Part shown: positions 8,632 to 16,419 of the stretch, in pieces
How the letters are laid out: every line of letters begins with the position of its first letter
Numbering within the stretch: position 1 is the stretch's first letter
Source of the DNA: a virus
Reading direction: 5' to 3' (one strand)
Virus genome (UHGV): UHGV-0142121
DNA length: 46,984 nucleotides
Notes under the pieces: model-generated
Told to the model about the DNA's origin: nothing
The model's database searches: none
Seen by the model: only the letters and a program-made list of their open reading frames with translations
Position numbers and translations under genes: made by a program

Positions 8632-9273
8632 ATGGGACAGAATAAACGTCCATCGCGAGACACAATGTCATCAGTGGTTATACGGGCAACCTTACGGATG
8701 CTCGATGAAACCGGCGGCAGTGTCGCACAATTCTCTACAACGCGCTTGATTCCTGCTCTGGAAGTTCAGGGGCTTGTTGATATGGGGTCTGAAGGCATCA
8801 ATGTCACAGATTACATGCGCTGGCGTAGCCGTTGCATTAAGCGAGCACAGCGCGTCCTGGCTGGCGATACACCGATGCCTGCAGATTGGGTGTTAACGTG
8901 GTTGTCATGTCTTCCGGAAGAGTACCGTAACAAGTGCTCTCAGAAGCTGGCAGCGATGCAGGGCCTGCAATGGGTCCGCATGCCTAAGTACAACCGTATT
9001 CGTGTTGATTCAGTCGACGCTGAAATTGACGAGATTACTGTGAAATTCGGTGCCGTTCTCGCCAACTCAGCGCCAGCCCAGGATGGCGTATACGATGGCA
9101 GTGATGACCAGCACGCCCTGAAGCAGCTGCAGAACCGCCTGTATGAGTTGTCGTCATACCTCTATCGGGAAATCCTGAATATAGAAATGGCCACCGGCAT
9201 TAAACCGGACCACGTTGAACTTGGTGCGCTGAGTCCGCTGGGCCATCAAGCAGGGGGCAAATATGCAGTTTAA
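8632..9273 (+). CDS. Hypothetical early protein, 213 aa (possible regulator)
   Basis: First gene after cro in the same operon; no confident motif. Confidence 0.45.
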   Translation: MGQNKRPSRDTMSSVVIRATLRMLDETGGSVAQFSTTRLIPALEVQGLVDMGSEGINVTDYMRWRSRCIKRAQRVLAGDTPMPADWVLTWLSCLPEEYRNKCSQKLAAMQGLQWVRMPKYNRIRVDSVDAEIDEITVKFGAVLANSAPAQDGVYDGSDDQHALKQLQNRLYELSSYLYREILNIEMATGIKPDHVELGALSPLGHQAGGKYAV

Positions 9274-9928
9274 TTTTGTTCGCAACGAGCTTACTGCAGC
9301 GCTCTTGTCGTTCTCAAAATCTCACCGCAATCAGATCGTCGCGATGGCAGAACGTGCGCCACTGCAGAGCCGATTTACTGCAAAGCCGCAGCGTGAAATT
9401 GATATCGATAACGACACTGTCATTGTCATTGATGCCGAGCCAATCAGCTACAGAGAAGGCAAGCGTTACCATACGAGCATGATCCCGGTATCGCCAGCCA
9501 TTTTTAGCCAGGTGTCATGGCGTAGCGCGTTATTGAAAATGCCTGAGCCGTATAAATCCTGGTTGAATTACTGCTACGGCGATTCAATTTCATTTGAATA
9601 TCAAACAATACTGACAACACATATCTGGCATTCCCTGCTGATTAACCTGGCTGAAAGCAAATCGCCAAAAATGAACGGCAAGACTGAAAGCAACTTAAAA
9701 GCACTTGCCTGGTTGGCTCTACAGGAATCAAAAAATTTCATTAACCGCGGCGAGCTTAAATACAGCCAGGAAGAATTGAGCCAGCTATGTGGTGTGAAAT
9801 ATGACCTATGGCGGAAGAATTATAAAAATCGCTGGGATGTCATGTTGGCCTGCAGTGTTCAAATGGATCGGGAGGCGTTAATACATGTCGACCAATTACG
9901 GAAGAAGCATATCAGCAACAGGCGGTGA
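9263..9928 (+). CDS. Hypothetical early protein, 221 aa (antiterminator Q-like role possible by position only)
   Basis: AGGGGG ribosome-binding site; no confident motif. Confidence 0.45.
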   Translation: MQFNFVRNELTAALLSFSKSHRNQIVAMAERAPLQSRFTAKPQREIDIDNDTVIVIDAEPISYREGKRYHTSMIPVSPAIFSQVSWRSALLKMPEPYKSWLNYCYGDSISFEYQTILTTHIWHSLLINLAESKSPKMNGKTESNLKALAWLALQESKNFINRGELKYSQEELSQLCGVKYDLWRKNYKNRWDVMLACSVQMDREALIHVDQLRKKHISNRR

Positions 9929-10187
9929 AATTCCTTCCTGCCTTTGCAAACAAGTAATGCATCACCACGCAGTAAAACCGAAATTAGTTAGATCTGAGCT
10001 ACGCAATGAATATTTGATGTTTTGTCCATCTTGCGGATTCAGAACACATCCTGACTGGTGTCGAAATGCCGTTATTGCGGAGTGGTGTGGCGCAAATAAA
10101 CCAGGTGACCAGCATATTCAGGAGCTTTGGTTAAAGCGCTATACAGAGCAACAAAATGAAAGTCTTGCAAAAAAGATGAATATTTAA
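9885..10187 (+). CDS. Zinc-ribbon protein, 100 aa, weak Lar-like signature
   Basis: CPSCG zinc knuckle followed by AVIAEW, reminiscent of the Lar restriction-alleviation family; GGAGG ribosome-binding site. Confidence 0.35.
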   Translation: MSTNYGRSISATGGEIPSCLCKQVMHHHAVKPKLVRSELRNEYLMFCPSCGFRTHPDWCRNAVIAEWCGANKPGDQHIQELWLKRYTEQQNESLAKKMNI

Positions 10188-10191
10188 CTCA

Positions 10192-10209
10192 TTGGGACCA
10201 TGGTCCCAA
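10192..10209. repeat. sopC-like palindrome TTGGGACCATGGTCCCAA (perfect)
   Basis: Perfect 18-bp palindrome in the 12-nt gap between two early genes. Confidence 0.75.
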
Positions 10210-10226
10210 AATCGGATGAGGTAATT

Positions 10227-10445
10227 ATGGCAGATAACCTTTTCGGGAAGAATCGCACTTATCACGATTCTGGTGATTTCACTCATCGCTATTTCTACTT
10301 ATTGCGCGGTTGCGTTCCCCCGCCAGCGAAACGGCAGGCAGAACCCAGCGTGCAGCCAGTAGCAAAGGCAAATACAAAGAGCCAACGTCAGCAAGCCATG
10401 GATAAGGCCAGGGCCAATGCTAATCGTCGTTATAAAGGAAAATAA
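10227..10445 (+). CDS. Hypothetical protein, 72 aa (start moved to ATG 10227; the track start lies inside the palindrome)
   Basis: GAGG ribosome-binding site 7 nt before ATG 10227. Confidence 0.4.
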   Translation: MADNLFGKNRTYHDSGDFTHRYFYLLRGCVPPPAKRQAEPSVQPVAKANTKSQRQQAMDKARANANRRYKGK

Positions 10446-10446
10446 G

Positions 10447-11385
10447 ATGAAAAACTTCCGTTGCGTATTCCCTTACATCAGCAAAACAGCAGTACCCGAA
10501 AACATCAACGAACTACTCATCGAACGTGCGTTTGATGGCCTGTCTGATTGTGAACGTGAGGGTAAAGGCTGGGCCAGAATTGGCGATGAACGCATGCTTA
10601 CTGTTGATGGTAAGTATCTTTTCCGTTATTTCGCCAGCAAGCGCCGTCCTGACCAGCTGGCGGTTCAGCGTTTGCTTAACGAACGTACCGATGAAGTAGT
10701 CGAAGACGGTCGGGAGGTTACTCCGGAACTGATGGAAGAGATGCGCTTCCAGGCTGAGAACGATGTGATGAAGTACTCCCCAATCAGCAGCACAGCGATC
10801 TATATCCTTATGTGGCCAGCGCGCCGCCTTCTGTTGGTTTCTGGCGGAACGGCGTCAAAGTGCGAGGATGCATTGTCATTTTTGCGTAACACGCTGGGTA
10901 ACCTGCATGCGATGCCATGGGGGAATTCACATTTTACCTCCACAGCAGTCACTAAGAATATGACTGAGGGAAATAGCATCTATAAGCTGCCACCTATGCT
11001 GGCTATTTCGCCTTATGGGAAAACGTTATTCACTGGTGAAGACACATCTTTAAAAATCACGCTTGATGGCGTATCGAATGATACTGACGATGCACGGAAT
11101 ATTCTTTCAGGAATGACGGCCCGTTCAGTTGAGATGTCCCTTTATAAACGCCCTGATAATGGGCAAATTGAAAACTTAGCGAATTTCAACCTTGTCATGC
11201 CGCCGAATGGCAACGTCCATTTAAAATCGTTCGATTACGACGATGATATGGAACGTGATGACTTATCGCAGGCATTGATTGCTGAAATGCACCTCGTGAC
11301 TAACTACACACATCAAATTCTATCCGGGCTGGAAGATTTTATCGGCGTGGATCTGGAAGATAATAGCCTCACGCCGCAGGAATAA
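10447..11385 (+). CDS. rdgC: RdgC-like recombination-associated protein, 313 aa
   Basis: Matches my recollection of E. coli RdgC at several blocks (GTASKCEDALSFLRNTLGNL vs [20 protein letters not shown]); start moved to ATG 10447 after AAAGGA. Confidence 0.65.
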   Translation: MKNFRCVFPYISKTAVPENINELLIERAFDGLSDCEREGKGWARIGDERMLTVDGKYLFRYFASKRRPDQLAVQRLLNERTDEVVEDGREVTPELMEEMRFQAENDVMKYSPISSTAIYILMWPARRLLLVSGGTASKCEDALSFLRNTLGNLHAMPWGNSHFTSTAVTKNMTEGNSIYKLPPMLAISPYGKTLFTGEDTSLKITLDGVSNDTDDARNILSGMTARSVEMSLYKRPDNGQIENLANFNLVMPPNGNVHLKSFDYDDDMERDDLSQALIAEMHLVTNYTHQILSGLEDFIGVDLEDNSLTPQE

Positions 11386-11387
11386 AT

Positions 11388-11588
11388 ATGGCATTGGATC
11401 TGTTTATGCAGGGGCCAATGACAGAACAGGAAGCTACGGAGCTGGCAAATAAGTACAAAGCATCAGGACGCCGGGTATCAATAACGGCGTCGTTTCAGCC
11501 AGGTCTTAAATATGTTCAGGTTTATCTGCCAGTCAGCAGATTTCGCCCCAGACAATCAGCGACATATCAACAAAGAATATGGAAATAA
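11388..11588 (+). CDS. Hypothetical protein, 66 aa
   Basis: AGGAA ribosome-binding site; tightly packed in operon. Confidence 0.4.
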   Translation: MALDLFMQGPMTEQEATELANKYKASGRRVSITASFQPGLKYVQVYLPVSRFRPRQSATYQQRIWK

Positions 11589-12514
11589 TGATGGATAATG
11601 CACATAAGACTATTTTACAGCTGTTAATGGCTACATGGCTTAAAAGTGATTTTCGTATTATTGATACGGAAACAACCGGGCTGGAAGATAATGATGAGAT
11701 TATCGAAATCTCGATCATCAATATGCGTGGTGATGTGCTGCTTGATACGCTTGTTAAGCCGACCCGCCCTATCCCCGCAGCTGCGACCGCTATCAACAAC
11801 ATCACCAACGAAATGGTTGCTGATGCCCCATCCTGGCAGGAAGTTTATCCGGCGGTAGTCGCCGCGATTGGTGGCCATAAGTGGCTTGCCTGGAACTCAA
11901 AATTTGATGCCCGGTTGATTACTCAGACCTGCATGATTACTGGCCTTTATAACGATTTGGCACCGGCGGCCATGCTGGAAATGTACAGCAGCATCCATTC
12001 CGGCCATATCGACGCGAAAGAGACTTACAGCCAGTGGTACGGCGCGCTTTCTATGAAGGATAGAAACTTTGTTCGGCAGTCTCTGTCGATGGCAGTAGTT
12101 CAGCAGGGCGTAACGGTCAGTGCTGAAGCTCACCGTTCACTCGCCGACTGCCAGCGCGTTCTCCGCGTACTAGAAAGCGTCTGCAATGATCCACACCTAC
12201 CAGCTGATGGCGCCGACCTTCGCCAAGGTGATGAGTCCGGGCTGGCGCCCTGCCCGTTCTGCTATGGTCCTCCATCGATGTTTGTTCATCACCTGCATGG
12301 CCTCCAGTACAAGCCGTTGTGGAACCCTGCCAACTATGGCGAGGACGGCCTGTATGCCGGCGCCGTTGTTTTCTGTCATGAGTGCGGCGCACATGGCGAA
12401 GAGGCCACCGATGTTGTGTTTGATGATAGCGACGTCGAGCAACTGGAGAACGCCGCCAAAAAGAACTGGAACACGCGCGATAAGCGCCATCAGGACCTTT
12501 ATGAATCCAAATAA
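11579..12514 (+). CDS. DEDDh (DnaQ-like) 3'-5' exonuclease fused to a C-terminal Lar-type zinc ribbon, 311 aa
   Basis: Exo motifs IIDTETTG, LAWNSKFDARL, HRSLADCQ; C-terminus CPFCYG...CHECGAHG...AAKKNWNTR matches the Lar family pattern. Confidence 0.7.
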   Translation: MEIMMDNAHKTILQLLMATWLKSDFRIIDTETTGLEDNDEIIEISIINMRGDVLLDTLVKPTRPIPAAATAINNITNEMVADAPSWQEVYPAVVAAIGGHKWLAWNSKFDARLITQTCMITGLYNDLAPAAMLEMYSSIHSGHIDAKETYSQWYGALSMKDRNFVRQSLSMAVVQQGVTVSAEAHRSLADCQRVLRVLESVCNDPHLPADGADLRQGDESGLAPCPFCYGPPSMFVHHLHGLQYKPLWNPANYGEDGLYAGAVVFCHECGAHGEEATDVVFDDSDVEQLENAAKKNWNTRDKRHQDLYESK

Positions 12515-12527
12515 GCGGGATTAAGTC

Positions 12528-12758
12528 ATGAAGCTGAAAATGAATGCGCCGGATGGTTCCGTGATTGTCGAAAGCAACCTGGTATCTCAGTTCTATCCTG
12601 ATTTCGACAGCGGTGGCGAGCTAACAACAATCGAAACTGTTTCGCCTGATGGGAAAACTTTCTCAGTGAAAGTTAAGCACTCGTTTCATCAGGTCACTAA
12701 CGCGCTGGCGACCGCATGGCGCGTAGATGAGAAGAAAGCCGAAGGAGCAGCCCAATGA
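12528..12758 (+). CDS. Hypothetical protein, 76 aa
   Basis: ORF in operon with ATGA overlap to the next gene. Confidence 0.4.
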   Translation: MKLKMNAPDGSVIVESNLVSQFYPDFDSGGELTTIETVSPDGKTFSVKVKHSFHQVTNALATAWRVDEKKAEGAAQ

Positions 12759-13336
12759 ACGATATCACTGCACTGGCGCAGCGTATGAAGGCGGCAGCAG
12801 AGAAGGCGACACCGGGGAACTATGTTGTAGGCCATAACGACATTAACCGGCATGGGTTGTTGAGCAGTGTATTTGTATGCCAGGAGTACAAGGGGATTGC
12901 TGGCGGTGTTGTAGCTGAATGCCATATGAATTGTCTTACTAAAAATGACGAGCAGGTGTACGCAAATGCAGAATTTTTTGCAGTTACTCACCCAGCCAAC
13001 GTCCTGGCGCTGGTAGAGGCGCTGGAGATGGCGCAGCGTCAAATACAAGCTCATGAGCGTGCTGAATTCACCTGGATGAATGCCCTAGCGCTTCCGGATA
13101 ATGCGTCGCGTATCGACATCCTACCGGCTATTCATGCGGAAAAATATGCACTGCGAGAGGCAACCAAGCGGATTGCTTCGCTGGAGTCCCGCACTGTCAC
13201 CGTGAAGCTGCCTGAGCGTTACTCCTGCGAACTGGGCTACCCTGGCCCCGACCCGGATGGCGAGCTGCTCGACCGTAACGATGTAATCGAAATACTCCGC
13301 GCTGCTGGCATCCAGGTTATCGAAGGAGACGCATGA
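12755..13336 (+). CDS. Ead/Ea22-like protein, 193 aa
   Basis: N-terminus ITALAQRMKAAAEKATPGNY resembles the lambdoid ead/Ea22 family start. Confidence 0.4.
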   Translation: MNDITALAQRMKAAAEKATPGNYVVGHNDINRHGLLSSVFVCQEYKGIAGGVVAECHMNCLTKNDEQVYANAEFFAVTHPANVLALVEALEMAQRQIQAHERAEFTWMNALALPDNASRIDILPAIHAEKYALREATKRIASLESRTVTVKLPERYSCELGYPGPDPDGELLDRNDVIEILRAAGIQVIEGDA

Positions 13337-13587
13337 TGGGTATGAAAAGCATCTGGGATGGGAAAAACCTCCCGCCAGTTGGTTGTCACGTGCTGATTAA
13401 CCTGTCGTCATGCGGGATGCGCGAATATGAGGTTGTCGGGTATGAAGTCAAAAAATCAGTTATTGAAGAGGAACAACGTCCTGGCATGTTCGTTGTGAAC
13501 ATTCTCGTTAAATCGCGTGATGGTAAGGCGACCAATTGTCGGTTCCTGGATGAGGTATTTCCTCTCGACTGGAGGGAAGAACAGTGA
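13333..13587 (+). CDS. Hypothetical protein, 84 aa
   Basis: GAAGGAG ribosome-binding site; ATGA overlap. Confidence 0.45.
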   Translation: MMGMKSIWDGKNLPPVGCHVLINLSSCGMREYEVVGYEVKKSVIEEEQRPGMFVVNILVKSRDGKATNCRFLDEVFPLDWREEQ

Positions 13588-13754
13588 AAATAGTAACTGT
13601 GACGGTAGAAATTGAAGTGCCAGATACCGCGACAAACCAGGATATTCGCGAGTATGTCGATGTTGAATATGGGCAGTGTAACGGTATGAAAGCTGATAAC
13701 CCATGCAAAGACTGCGAGGTTATCTACCACAACTTCACAGTTGAGAAGGATTGA
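13584..13754 (+). CDS. Small hypothetical protein, 56 aa, GTG start overlapping the upstream stop
   Basis: Fills an otherwise unexplained 170-nt gap; GGAGGGAAG upstream; below the 60-aa track cutoff. Confidence 0.25.
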   Translation: MKIVTVTVEIEVPDTATNQDIREYVDVEYGQCNGMKADNPCKDCEVIYHNFTVEKD

Positions 13755-13758
13755 CTCA

Positions 13759-14079
13759 ATGGCAAATAACCAGTTAACAGCCGAGCAACTCGTAACTCTG
13801 CAGCTGCGGATTATGAGCACGCTGTCGTTCTACCAGCAACGCCCGGAGAAAGAAGCCAAGAGGATGGCAGAGCTGCTTATGCTTGCAGGTGCTGCTGCGA
13901 GTGAGCTTCAGGAACACCAGAAAGCCGCTGCTTTGCACTTCCAGCGCGGATACGACGAAGGTCATTCACGCGGCCTGACGTGCGGGAAATTATATAAGGG
14001 CGACGACCAACTGAGGCAGCACCGTGCCGCATGCGTGTCGGCGTACCTGGCAGAAATCAACGGCGGGGAGACCGATTAA
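13759..14079 (+). CDS. Hypothetical protein, 106 aa
   Basis: GAAGGA ribosome-binding site before ATG 13759. Confidence 0.4.
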   Translation: MANNQLTAEQLVTLQLRIMSTLSFYQQRPEKEAKRMAELLMLAGAAASELQEHQKAAALHFQRGYDEGHSRGLTCGKLYKGDDQLRQHRAACVSAYLAEINGGETD

Positions 14080-14619
14080 ATGACTGATGCCCAGTTAACA
14101 GACAAGCGCGCGCGCCTCCGCAAAGCCGCTCAAGACTATCAAACAGCATTATCTTGGTATCAAGAAAACCTCGATAACCCAAACGCGGAACAGGATTGCG
14201 ATGAGGCTGCGGCGGCGTTTAAGCGTGAGATAGCCTATCGAGAAATGGACATTATTTCTGACCTGCTGAATGAGATAGACGAGCTTCATGAACACCTGAA
14301 AGTAGTCGAGCCGGTTGGCGGTGATGAGCTTGACCATCTCATCTGGGGGCTGCAGCGCGAAGGATTCCATGCTCGCACGCTAGCTGCATTGGTAGAGCTA
14401 CGCGAGCGCCGGAAAAGTGACGCCGAATGCCGTTCAGCTGATAGCCTTCACGATCAGCTTTCTCGCCTGGCAACACATTCTGCAGAAGAAAGCGCCCAGA
14501 TGGCAGAATGGGATCGCCCTGCTCCGAAAAGCGCCCTTCGCCAGCAGGCTGAGAAAATTGCCGATGATGTGCAGGAACTAATTAAGCGTTTACCCGACGC
14601 AGATCAGGGGGGCGCATGA
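14080..14619 (+). CDS. Hypothetical protein, 179 aa, predicted helical and acidic
   Basis: GGGGAG ribosome-binding site; TAAATG coupling. Confidence 0.45.
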   Translation: MTDAQLTDKRARLRKAAQDYQTALSWYQENLDNPNAEQDCDEAAAAFKREIAYREMDIISDLLNEIDELHEHLKVVEPVGGDELDHLIWGLQREGFHARTLAALVELRERRKSDAECRSADSLHDQLSRLATHSAEESAQMAEWDRPAPKSALRQQAEKIADDVQELIKRLPDADQGGA

Positions 14620-14852
14620 TAGACCGGAATGTCGTATTGATAAACACATTGACGCGCCGAACAATGGCGAGCGTCACTGCCGGCGGTGATGGTTTCATTT
14701 CTACCGGCACGTTGTCGTTTGATGTTGGCCTGAATACCAGGACTATTCGTCGCATGCTCGATAGCGCAGTAGAGTCGGGCGAAGCTGAGCGCCGTTCTAA
14801 CGGGCCAGGCAAGCCATACAGCTATCGCATTCGGGAGGCGGCATGCTCTTAG
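14616..14852 (+). CDS. Hypothetical protein, 78 aa
   Basis: ATGA coupling; GGGGGG ribosome-binding site. Confidence 0.4.
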   Translation: MIDRNVVLINTLTRRTMASVTAGGDGFISTGTLSFDVGLNTRTIRRMLDSAVESGEAERRSNGPGKPYSYRIREAACS

Positions 14853-15469
14853 ATCATCGCAGCCACACCGCCGCTGAGCATCGAGATACCTGGAGAACTG
14901 ACCCGCGCATAGCCGCGGGCCTTTTTGAGCTATTGCGCCCTTGCCATATTGATGCGTGCGCCAGCGCTGAAAACCATCTTCTGCCGGAGTTCTTTACCCG
15001 CGAAGATAATTGCCTGCAGCTGGACTGGCTGGCTGAAACAAAACGTCGCGGCGTACTGCCAGCGCTTTATGCCAACCCGCCATTCTCGAAAGAGGACAGC
15101 CGAGCGGCTACTCCGCACAATGGCATGGGAAACTTCTTCCGTAAGGCGCGCGTAGAGGCTGAGCAGGGTGTTTATTCTCAATGGCTTTTCCGTGCACGCC
15201 CTGGGGAGAACTGGTTCCCCTGGCAACTAGCCAGCCGCATCTGGTTTATCGTTGGGCGTGTGGGCTTTGTTGATTCTGCCACAGGGAAAATCGACAACGA
15301 GCAGACAGAGAATCATTGTGTAGCCGAATTTATCCCTGGAGAGCATCCGATTCTTGCGGCTGGGCTACCAATAAACCGTGATGACATCCTGGCCGCAGGC
15401 ATGGCTGCAATCAGTTCTGGAAAATATGGATTGATAACAATCCGATACAAACAACTATCGATGAGATAA
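14843..15469 (+). CDS. Phage Dam-like DNA N6-adenine methyltransferase, 208 aa
   Basis: NPPF catalytic motif (YANPPFS) and overall pattern of the phage N6A methyltransferase family; GGAGG ribosome-binding site. Confidence 0.65.
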   Translation: MLLDHRSHTAAEHRDTWRTDPRIAAGLFELLRPCHIDACASAENHLLPEFFTREDNCLQLDWLAETKRRGVLPALYANPPFSKEDSRAATPHNGMGNFFRKARVEAEQGVYSQWLFRARPGENWFPWQLASRIWFIVGRVGFVDSATGKIDNEQTENHCVAEFIPGEHPILAAGLPINRDDILAAGMAAISSGKYGLITIRYKQLSMR

Positions 15470-15491
15470 ATATTTTCAAAATCAGCTTGGA

Positions 15492-15551
15492 AGATCCCCT
15501 TTCTCTATTTACACTGTATAAATAAACAGTATCATCAAGGAAAGGGGATCT
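15492..15551 (+). promoter_or_regulatory. 12-bp inverted repeat (AGATCCCCTTTC / GAAAGGGGATCT) whose 3' arm is the ribosome-binding site of the downstream gene; 36-nt loop carries a LexA box
   Basis: Perfect 12-bp complementarity; 3' arm ends 2 nt before GTG 15554. Confidence 0.5.
15512..15531. promoter_or_regulatory. LexA (SOS) box CACTGTATAAATAAACAGTA
   Basis: CTGT-N8-ACAG with AT-rich spacer, 17/20 to consensus TACTGTATATATATACAGTA; close to my recollection of the E. coli dinI box; overlaps a TATAAA -10-like element. Confidence 0.6.
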
Positions 15552-15553
15552 CG

Positions 15554-15790
15554 GTGAGAGTAGAAATACTTATTGATCAAGAAGCTAAGGTTTCAGAAAA
15601 AGTAATGGCCGCTCTTTCAGAGCAGGTAAAGCAGCGCCTTTCCCCTCAGTTCGAAAAATTCACATTGCGCATAGCAAAGAGCAGTAGCTCTGCGGTGCAG
15701 ATCACCGGCACTAAATCAGCAGATGAGCACAGTGCAGCTATGGACATCTTACAGAGCGTCTGGGAAGACGATAGCTGGCTGCCGGATTAA
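15554..15790 (+). CDS. DinI-like protein, 78 aa
   Basis: Aligns by eye with E. coli DinI (MRVEI..., ITGTKSADEHSAAMDILQSVWEDDSWL vs IGATKEDKQRISEILQETWESADDWF); preceded by a LexA box. Confidence 0.65.
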   Translation: MRVEILIDQEAKVSEKVMAALSEQVKQRLSPQFEKFTLRIAKSSSSAVQITGTKSADEHSAAMDILQSVWEDDSWLPD

Positions 15791-15817
15791 GTAGCTAGGT
15801 TGCAGGAGGTTGAATTG

Positions 15818-16081
15818 ATGACAGACGACACATGCAGTTCTGATTTACTCGCGTTGAAACTACAGCAGCTAAACGCATTGATTCAGGTTGTTCGTCGGAC
15901 GCTGGATAGCAGTGAAGGCAGCATTTATCTGAACGAGGCCATTAATTTAATGGGCGCTGCTGGAGAGATGACTCAAGACTGTGAAGCCATACGAAAGCGG
16001 ATAGATGTTGAGTTGTATCAGCAGAGCAGCAAGTACTACAGCCTGTATGGCTCTAGCTCTGATCGCCAGTCTGCCGGGTGA
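15818..16081 (+). CDS. Hypothetical protein, 87 aa, co-transcribed with the DinI-like gene (candidate antirepressor)
   Basis: AGGAGG ribosome-binding site 8 nt before ATG 15818; role inferred from SOS context only. Confidence 0.4.
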   Translation: MTDDTCSSDLLALKLQQLNALIQVVRRTLDSSEGSIYLNEAINLMGAAGEMTQDCEAIRKRIDVELYQQSSKYYSLYGSSSDRQSAG

Positions 16082-16168
16082 TCCAGATGCTTTGATATGT
16101 CCTATTTCCCAGCCTGTCGATGGCGGATAGGTTGGATATTCCAGGCGTGTTGTGGCGACGCGGATAAA

Positions 16169-16186
16169 TTGGGACCATGGTCCCAA
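16169..16186. repeat. sopC-like palindrome TTGGGACCATGGTCCCAA (perfect)
   Basis: Perfect 18-bp palindrome just upstream of the putative late promoter. Confidence 0.75.
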
Positions 16187-16194
16187 CCTGGAGC

Positions 16195-16283
16195 TTGCAA
16201 AAACTTCACAAAAAAATTAAACTTTTTCTAAGTTGGGTTTTCTGTAACCAGCTTATTCTAACCGCCTTCATGGCGGTTTTTTT
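16195..16283 (+). promoter_or_regulatory. Putative late promoter (TTGCAA ... TAAACT) plus short leader ending in an intrinsic terminator (16261-16283)
   Basis: Promoter-like hexamers followed about 40 nt later by hairpin ACCGCC-TTCAT-GGCGGT and seven T, upstream of the methyltransferase-lysis operon; architecture resembles Q-dependent late promoters. Confidence 0.35.
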
Positions 16284-16419
16284 GTGCCTTGAAAATGGGC
16301 GCTGCAGCATGTGTGACCATGCCACAGCTTTCAGCCCATGCCGCGGGACAGGGTGAAACAAGGCCCATTGCTGATGCGCAACAGCAAAACGAGCCTATCA
16401 AAAAAGGCTGATAAACACC

